Program-made: the position numbers and the translations under genes
Notes under the pieces: model-generated
Database searches by the model: none
What the model was told of the DNA's origin: nothing
Seen by the model: the letters and a program-made list of their open reading frames with translations, nothing else
Part shown: positions 55,085 through 64,000 of the stretch, piece by piece
Layout: each line of letters starts with the position of its first letter
Numbering within the stretch: position 1 is the stretch's first letter
Source: Octopus vulgaris
Lineage: Eukaryota
NCBI GenBank assembly: GCA_951406725.2
Contig: OX597818.1
Coordinates: 122,264,001 to 122,328,000, forward strand
DNA length: 64,000 nucleotides
Direction: 5' to 3'

Positions 55085-55680
55085 ACAATATTCGCATGCT
55101 TCAGAATAAGGTTTTAGACAAGCACAGAACGTACTATAAATTATTGTATGACAGTGAATCACAATTCTCTATATATTTAAATGCTTTTCAAAATAAGCAT
55201 ACACTTCATTAGATGGCTCTGACGCAGCTAAAAACTGTTGCACAGGCACTGAGATCTTAGTGCACTGCTTTTCACAGCAGAAACGCATGTAGGCTAATGA
55301 ATTTGATTACTTCATTCTTGTTTCTTGCTCACTGAATAATACATATATGCTTATATATTATGCATTATATATTTAGGCAATGTATATCTAGGATACATTA
55401 ACTAATGATTATTTTTAATATTGTGTGATTTGAATGAGCATGGTTGCAATTTCTAACAGGACAAAAGATGGCGTATATGCTCCTTTGCTGGTGAATATAT
55501 GTTTCTAAATTAATGTAAAAGCTGAGGAATTTTTGGTTACCGTATGTAGCAGATCAAACAACCGCATTCATGGTCCCTTGTAGTCTGGTATAAGTAAAAT
55601 GAATGTATATAATATGCACGTATATAATTTCTATTTATTTTTAAATACATGTATGTATACACTGTGTGTATGTATATAAA

Positions 55681-55729
<49 letters not shown>

Positions 55730-56764
55730 AAGTGCATCCATCTACCTAGCTAGATAGTTAGCTAGCTAGCTACCTACCTATCCATCCATCCATCTATCTA
55801 CTGGGTAGTTATAATAGCGAATATATCTTTTGAACCAGAATCGCCTAAATTTTAGTACCTGCATGAAAAGTTTGATTCGCTATATACTGAGCTACCAAAC
55901 AACACTAACCTCCTAAAATCTAGAAATGGAACCAATGAAATATGCTTTGCGTGGTTGTTAGGTCCACTAGAAATATCAGCCAAATCCTCTCGAATCCTAG
56001 CGTCATCAAAAGGGAAGAATAAATTTAATATATACACTCTCAGATATATTAAATCCTGAATACAAAATACGAAATTATAGCATGGCCGCAGTCACATGAC
56101 TGAAACAAGTAAAACTATAGATAGATAGATAGATAATACATACATACATACATACATACATACATACATACATACATACATACATACATACATACATACA
56201 TACATACATACGTACATACATACATACATACATACGCTCATACATAGATGTCTGTATGCCTGATCAATTAATGTTCATGTGATGCTAAACAACATCAACA
56301 ACATACATGATGTGAATTCTTGTGCTTTTACAAGTTCTGAGTTCGAATCCAGCCGTGGTCAATTTTGCTCGACTCTCGTATCTGCAGCGGCATACAAGGC
56401 TGAATGCAATTGAATTTTGGCAATACAGGATATTATCAATGAAAACCTTGAACTCACTTTCACCACATTCGTCTAGTAACTTCTCTCATAACCCATTATA
56501 TCCCTTAAAATTAACGTATTACATTTACTCCAAAACTCATTTACTCCTATAACTTTACTTAGATATTAAGTACAGTAGACCCCCGGCACTTGCGAGCGAA
56601 TATGGTTTGGTAGCACGCACTGTGCTTTTGCTTATTGCTTGCTATAGAGGTTTATGTGTGTGAAGACGTAGACGTTGTCTCGTTCCTCTCGTCCTTAAAC
56701 CAGAGCAACATCCAGGAAGTACCAACTAAAGGAAGAGAGGGTAACATCATCACTAGGCTGGTAC

Positions 56765-56915
56765 TAATTTTCAGTTGTGTACACTGGAACAACATGAAAT
56801 GAAAAACATTGCTCAAGGATACAACATGTCAGAATGTTGTATCCTTGAGTTGCAGAATCGAACTCACGACATTATGCTCGCGAGCCCAACACTCTAATCA
56901 CTTGGTCACTCGCCT
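56765..56915 (-). mobile_element. Old SINE family B head containing a 16-bp fold-back
   Basis: ctggaacaacatgaaatgaa..ttgctcaagga...gaatcgaactcacgac; palindrome at 56812-56849. Confidence 0.6.
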
Positions 56916-57327
56916 ACACACATAGGTACTATAAGGTAAAGATATGGAGATTTTTGTTTTGTAATACTGGGAACTAAAAAAAGTATGAAATTGTGAAATG
57001 ACTGCAATTGAGAAAGAAAAGCATGTGATAGGATTATGCAAAAATACAGATTGGTCACCACTGGGAATTCTTTGCTCATACGAGATCTGTTCAGTTAATC
57101 CTGACGCAGGGCTAACGATGACAACGATATTATATCATCTGAGTTCTTTGGGGATCAAATTTCTTTCAGGCCATCTTTACCTTTTATCCTTCCAGGCACA
57201 TGGAGGAATGGATTAAGTTGACTCCTTTCTCCTTACTAACTCCAAACAAAGGCGTTGGAGTACCGAATCAGTGAAACATAGGACATCTACGTTTTAATTT
57301 AACCTTACGGTGACTCAAAAATCGTTA

Positions 57328-57563
57328 TTTATTTCTTTAATGCCCACAGGTGGCTAAACATAGAGGGGACAAATAAGAACAGACAAAGGGATTAAGTCGA
57401 TTACATCGACCCCAGTGCGTAACTGGTACTTATTTAATCGACTCCGAAAAGGATCAAAGGTAAAGTCAACTTCGGCGGAATTTGGACTCAGAACGTAGCG
57501 GCAGACGAAATATCGCTAAGCATTTCGTCCGGCGTGCTAACGATTCTGCCAGCTCGCCGCCTT
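57328..57563 (-). mobile_element. SINE family C, LINE-tailed, full length
   Basis: tatttctttaatgcccacagg...ccagctcgccgcctt. Confidence 0.88.
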
Positions 57564-57813
57564 ATTAGTCTCAAGATGGTAGTGTGTTGTAGAAAGGGGA
57601 GAGACATGCCGGCTAAACGCTTTATAGTAATCAGTCATGTTCCTTTATGCATCTCAAATACCAAACTTGTTGACCTGTACTGTTCATCCTTCCGAAACTT
57701 CAATGAAATAACTATCCAATTAATGGAAGACCAATCAATCGTGTGGAATCCCCACCCACTAAAATATGTTGCTTTATACTTATGGAATGATATCTCGTTG
57801 GGTTCAGCAGAGT

Positions 57814-58203
57814 GGACGGAAGCACTCCGTCGGTTACGACGATGAGGGTTCCGGTTGATCCGAATCAACGGAACAGCCTGCTCGTGAAATTAACGTGTAA
57901 GTGGCTGAGCACTCCACAGACACGTGCACCCTTAACGTAGTTCTCGGGGATATTCAGCGTGACACAGAGAGTGACAAGGCCGGCCCTTTGAAATTCAGGT
58001 ACAACAGAAACAGGAAGTAAGAGTGAGAGAAAGTTGTGGTGAAAGAGTACAGCAGGGATCACCACCATGCCCTGCCGGAGCCTCGTGGAGCTTTTAGGTG
58101 TTTTCGCTCAATAAACACTCACAACGCCCGGTCTGGGAATCGAAACCGCGATCCTATGACCGCGAGTCCGCTGCCCTAACCACTGGGCCATTGCGCCTCC
58201 ACT
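57814..58203 (-). mobile_element. tRNA-derived SINE (family B relative, different middle, tail T1) with 12-bp TSD
   Basis: TSD gttcagcagagt at 57802-57813 and 58204-58215; 3' half matches 12560-12880 and 32094-32418. Confidence 0.9.
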
Positions 58204-59327
58204 GTTCAGCAGAGTAGTGGAGTGGAAGCAAGAGTACAATTTCTCGCTAAAAACAACTCCCGGTGTTTAATTGCGTCTCATTATATTCTATAATTCTAAA
58301 ATGGTCTATTTTATTGTTCAACCATCTGCGGGCGATTCGATAACTACCAGTAATACACTGAGTCATTTTAATCGACTATTTTCTTTGGCTACCGATACGT
58401 GGTTGTGTACGTAAAGTAGATATAAAACCAATGACATATTTCAGGCTGTTTTGCAGCTGTCAACAAAAATTTTGAGGAGGTTCAAACGCATTTGGCCCTC
58501 CAAAAACTGCATATCCGGAACTCATAAACATGTGTCTACAAAGATAATAATCGTAATCAAGTGCTTCACCATCTGTGCAATCATCTTTGGTTCTTCGTTT
58601 TATATAATGGTGATTTCATTTGACTAGATTCTATGTGAGAGTGGGTTATACTCAATTCAAGGAAAAGTAATCCTGAGCAGAATCTGTTCACAGGACATGG
58701 AAACACGGCACTAAATACTGAAAAGTATTTAGTTTAGTCTGACACTCCTCTATCTTTGTCGAATGATAATGAGAACTTACATTGAAAAGAGAAGGGAGGG
58801 ATTGGTGTATAAACATTTCTCTGGAGCATTTGTAGCGAAAACGAAATATTTCATCATTAATGACATGATTTGACGGTAGTACTCACTTGAAAGGGCATAA
58901 TTGTCACATCCTCGCAATGCTTACAATCAAATAATTACTTCAGTAAGTACGAAAATTTAGAATGATTGCAGAGTTGCTACGTTCAAACTCTTTTTTCTAT
59001 TTCAAAGATATGAATTTCGTAGTGAAGGATGCAAGACGCAATGCACAAAGCACAGATTGTTCTAGACGAGATTGTGCGATATCCATCAGTAACAGACGTA
59101 AAGTACCATCATTGAGAAATAGCATTGTTCTAACCAGGAATCGAAACTAGATCAGTTTATTTGAATCTTACTTGTATATTTATCACGCAAATATCGTGAC
59201 CAATAAATGGTATTGTAAGTGAAAGGCGAATGCTTCTGTAGTGATTATATATTTTGTCAACGCAACCAAAGTAATAAATGATAATAATAATTGTTTACTA
59301 AAATACGCAGAAGGTATTATGTTTACT

Positions 59328-59502
59328 AATTCCGCCGGGGTCGACTTTGCCAATTCCGCCGAGGTCGACTTTGCCTTTTATCCTTTCGGGGTCGATAAAT
59401 TAAGTACCAGTTATGCACTGGGGTTGATGTAATTGACTTAATACCTATGTCTGTCCTTGTTTGTCCCCTCTATGTTTAGCCCTTTGTGGGTAATAAAGAA
59501 AT
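59328..59502 (+). mobile_element. SINE family C, LINE-tailed, 5' truncated, 16-bp TSD
   Basis: TSD aggtattatgtttact at 59312-59327 and 59503-59518; short tandem duplication at the 5' junction. Confidence 0.9.
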
Positions 59503-59549
59503 AGGTATTATGTTTACTGGTGATAAGTCTTTTAAATCAATCTCAGAAA

Positions 59550-60786
59550 CATTATTTTATCGACACCTCCAGAGGGAGGCTAAGCTGATATTTGCAAGAT
59601 TTGAACTCGGAATATGATGAACCGGAAAATACCATTAGCATTTTGTCCGGTACAGTAATGATTCAGTTACTTCACCTTTCTATTAATGGTTTTTGATTTA
59701 AGCTGAGGGCCAGCACTTTTGGAAGGCTTTAATTGGTTACCTCGAATATAGTGCTACTAGGCTGGTGGTTTATTTTACAGACTCCTAAAGGTTGAAAAGC
59801 AAACCTGACCTCGGTAGAATCTGAACTTAGAATATAAAGGGCTGGAAGAAATACCAGTAATCATTTTCTGTCAATGCAGAATGGACAAAACAATTATAAT
59901 ATAGGGTTCCAAATGTTGGTACAAGACCAGCAAGTTCAGGAAAGGATTTTAGTCGATTACATCGACCCCAACTGGTACTTATTTTATCGAAAAGCAAAGT
60001 CGACCTCAGCGGAATTTGAACTTAGAACGTAAAGACGGTGAACTGCCGCTTAGCATTTTGCCCAGCATGGTAACAATCCAGCCAGCTAGCAGCCTTAAAC
60101 ATTATAATAATGGTTTCAAATTTTGCCATAAAGGTAACCATTTGGGGGAAGGGGATGAGTCGATTACATCGACCCCAGTGCGTAACTGGTACTAATTTAA
60201 TCGACAGCGAAAGTATGAAAGACAAAGTCGACCTCGGCGGAATTTGAACTCAGAACCTAGCGACTGGCTAAATACTGCTAAGCATTTCGTCCGGCTTGCT
60301 AACGATTCTGCCAGCTCGCTGCCTTCTTCAACATAATAATAATATTAATAAAGTGAGTTCAAATTCCGCCGAGGTCCACTTTACCTTTCTTCCTTTCGGG
60401 ATCGATAAAATAAGTTCCAGTTGAACCCTGAGGTCGAGGTAATCGACCTGCTTCCTCCCACGAAAGTTCTCGCCTTGTGCCAAAATTTGAAACCATAGTA
60501 ACTAGGTGAGGAGGTTAGCAATCTGACAGAATCGTTAGTACGTCAGACAGAATACTTGGCAATTGTACGTTTGTCTTTACGTTCTGAGTTCAAATACCAC
60601 TTTGCCGTTTATCCTTTCAGAATCAATAAAATTAGAACCAGTTGAGCACCGTGGCGAGACTTAACTGAGGCGAGACTTAACTTTCATCGTTTCAGTCTCA
60701 GTGCAAAAAGTACGAGTCAACTACTGGAGATGATTTGATCGAATTTGTGGTTTTGTGCCAATGTTAGAATAATTAATAATAATAAC

Positions 60787-60844
<58 letters not shown>

Positions 60845-61450
60845 TAATAATAATAAGCCTTTCTACTATAAGCACAAGGCCTGAAATTTTTGGTGAGTTA
60901 GGGCAGTCAATTATATCAACCACAGTATTTGGCTGGTACTTATTTTATCGACCGCGAAAGGTTAAGTCGACCGCGACGGAATTTGAACCCAAAACGTAAA
61001 GATGGACGAAATACCTATTTCTTTATTAACCACAAGGGGCTAAACATAGAGGGGACAAACAAGGACAGACATAGGTATCAAGTCGATTACATCGACCCCA
61101 GTGCGTAACTGGTACTTAATTTATCGACCTCGAAAGGATGAAAGGTAAAGTCGACCTCGGCGAAATTTGAACTCAGAAGGTAACGGCAGACGAAATACGG
61201 CTACGCATTTCGCCCGGCGTGCTAACGATTCTGCCAGCTATCCGCCTTGCGCATGGTAAACTATATTTTGACACAAGTCCAACGATATCTGGGGAGGGGG
61301 TAAGTCGATTACATTGATCCCCCCCCCCCAGTTATCCACTGGTACATATTCTATCGACTCCAAAGGATGACAGGCAAAGTCGACCTTGGCGGAATTTGAA
61401 CTCAGGACATAAACATGGACGAAATGCCGCTAAGCATACTGCCAGCACAC
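59550..61450. mobile_element. Cluster of about nine SINE family C copies in both orientations
   Basis: Approximate copies: minus at 59550-59660, 59690-59870, 59905-60095, 60110-60325, 60855-61015, 61016-61247, 61260-61450; plus at 60350-60500, 60520-60645. Confidence 0.8.
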
Positions 61451-61919
61451 CCCCTCCAACGAGTAGTGAAGTATATCAAGATATAGAATTTATATTGTGC
61501 AAACGTTATCTGACATAGGATTTGATGCGTTCGATGGGGTGGATTGCTACGTTTATCATATTGAAAGTTGATAAACAATCTACCCTCAGTTTCGCCCTTG
61601 GCTGAGTCGTTCAGCATTGTAGTGAAACTCCGAGTAGCCAAGGGTAATACTCAGAGCAGACAAATAACCTTTGATATAATACAATATTATAATATTATAT
61701 TATATTAGTGGTATTTATATATGTGCATATATATATATCTGTATATATTATATACATATATATATATATGTACATATATATACAGACATACATGCATATA
61801 AATACACTTGCATATTACGAATATTTATATATATGTGTGTAATACGTATATATTTGTAGATACGAAGTGCTAGTAACACCCGAGATCAGTGATAATAATG
61901 ATATTTCACTGAGCCTACA

Positions 61920-62800
61920 AGCCTCTACATGGCCGCTCGACATGCTAGAAGTAGCAGCTGAATCTCCCTTCTGAGACAACACCCTACAGCGCATAGGCAA
62001 CAACAATAACAGTATCAGCGTCAGCATTGGCATCACAATCAAGACTATTATTTGAGACAGCTTCTACATGTTCTCTTCAATATCCTAGAAACAACTGCTA
62101 AATGTCCCTATAACCACGCCCTAACGCTTCAGCTCAATGAAGGCTGAACTGATGTCAGGCAACAGCGTTAACACCAACCGCAACATCTTCATCACCGTCA
62201 TCTCTGCTATTAGCGAAATACTCTATGTGGTCATCTAACATGTTAGAAATAGCAGCTAAATCTCCCTCAAATCACACCTCGCTATCTTATAAAAAGAAAT
62301 GACACATTGGACCATGTTGTCTAGAAATACAGCAATGATTGGATAGTCACAGCTGCAAAACATTTGATCATAAATATGTCCGATGAGGAATAACTTGGGG
62401 TTAAACTACAACAATCACACCAACACTACCATTTATAGTACACATAAGGTAGACCGGGCTAACGAGGGTTCTTCTACAGGGTTGTTCGGCCTGCTAGAAA
62501 TAGCAGCCAAATTTCCCTAAAACAACGCGCCGCCATCTTAGGAAAGGGCACATTGAACAATATTGAACATCCCACCATCTCTCATAGTACATAGGTCGGA
62601 TGGTCACGGTTAGAATGTCTTTTATTATGAGTCAGCTCCATGAGAAAGGTGCTGGGATTAAAGAAGAACAAGGGCAACAAGCTGATGTAGTCGCGGGTTA
62701 CTGCTTCTCAGCGAGGGACGAGAATGTACGGTCATAGCTAGAACGGTTTTCGTTATACGTTGGCTCAGTTAAGGTTAACTTCAGGTAAAATAACAACGAC
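61920..62800 (+). repeat. Tandem diverged copies of repeat family E
   Basis: tgctagaa(a/g)tagcagc(c/t)aaat(c/t)tccct motif near 61940, 62085, 62240 and 62490; scattered single copies elsewhere (e.g. 15900, 16900 minus, 55965). Confidence 0.65.
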
Positions 62801-63299
62801 GTCAACAACAACAACAGCAACCACAGCAACAATGAGAACAGTCACAGCAGCGTATCAACCACAAACAATTGACAAAACACTCCTGACTTAGAAGGGTAAG
62901 AGAGAAATTAAGTTACGTGTCTTAAAAAAAAAGAATAGGTCGAATTCTGTCTGATCTGGAACATTTTACATAAGAAAATACATCAAAGGAACAAAAATTC
63001 GGGGCTGATTTACTAATTTTTGAAGTGCATAGTGCAAAAAGGGTCGTAGTTACGGAGACATTTCCGGTATTAACCACCCGCCCCGGAAGGAAGAAGTGGA
63101 CAATCATGAGATGTGAACTTATAACTGCGGACAGTGGATAATGATTTGCTTCAACGTGATTACTCCGAGCCACTCCTCTGCAGTTAATTACGATTGTTTT
63201 CTACCGGTTTTCTTCTGCGACGACACCAACACCGACATGAATAATGAATGTGATTACGTGTGTGTGAGTGTGTGTAAGTGTATGAGTGTGTGTTTGTGT

Positions 63300-63340
<41 letters not shown>

Positions 63341-63412
63341 ACTGTGTATATATTTATATGTTTATATACATATGTATGTGTGTATATATATATACATGTA
63401 TATATGTGCATG

Positions 63413-63476
<64 letters not shown>

Positions 63477-63808
63477 TATATTCATGTATATAGATGCATG
63501 TGTGTATATATATATATCTACCTATCTGGTAGTTATAACGCTATTAGTCAATAATAAAGTAATCGGAGGAACAATGCCGCGAGTGAATATTTTAATCATC
63601 ATTCACATACATACACACCTACATAAATACATACATACATACATACATGCATACATACATACTTGCATGCACATACACACACACACTCACACACATATAT
63701 ATGTATGTATACACACATATGTACATGCATGTATATATAATCTATATGCTATTTATGTATTCATATTTACATTATGCTGTTTGTAATATTTGGTACGCAG
63801 GCATATAT

Positions 63809-63852
<44 letters not shown>

Positions 63853-64000
63853 CTGTCTGTCTGTCTATATGCATTGTATATACATTGCATATACATTCTC
63901 AATACATTATATCACACACACACACACACATACACATACACACATATGTATACACTTTATTAATCTGTTACATATGTATAGGTATATGTTCATTAACGAT

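Noticed and set aside
59550-62800. CRISPR-like repeat-spacer appearance
   Set aside because: Repeats are long, diverged, irregularly spaced SINE copies in eukaryotic DNA, with no cas genes

Overview
AT-rich, microsatellite-saturated non-coding DNA from an animal genome. The SINE families and the TA/CA/TATC/TACA/TAA repeat load suggest an octopus; this is inference from repeat content only. No host protein-coding gene can be supported, and nearly all listed ORFs are microsatellite read-throughs. Recognisable content: at least four SINE-like families in many copies, fragments of several non-LTR retrotransposon clades (RTE, CR1/Jockey-like, R4/Dong, HERO-like, Tx1/L1), a decayed full-length Tc1 transposon and three MITEs. 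Most notable: (1) several unrelated short elements embedded in microsatellites carry Penelope-type hammerhead-ribozyme motifs, one with an intact core (5840-5926, minus strand); (2) a SINE subfamily has a 3' tail matching the 3' end of the Tx1/L1-like LINE in this window and recurrently sits inside its own relatives at a GGTATT site; (3) two strong unexplained hairpins (16420-16509, 49430-49520). Coordinates of decayed repeats are approximate.
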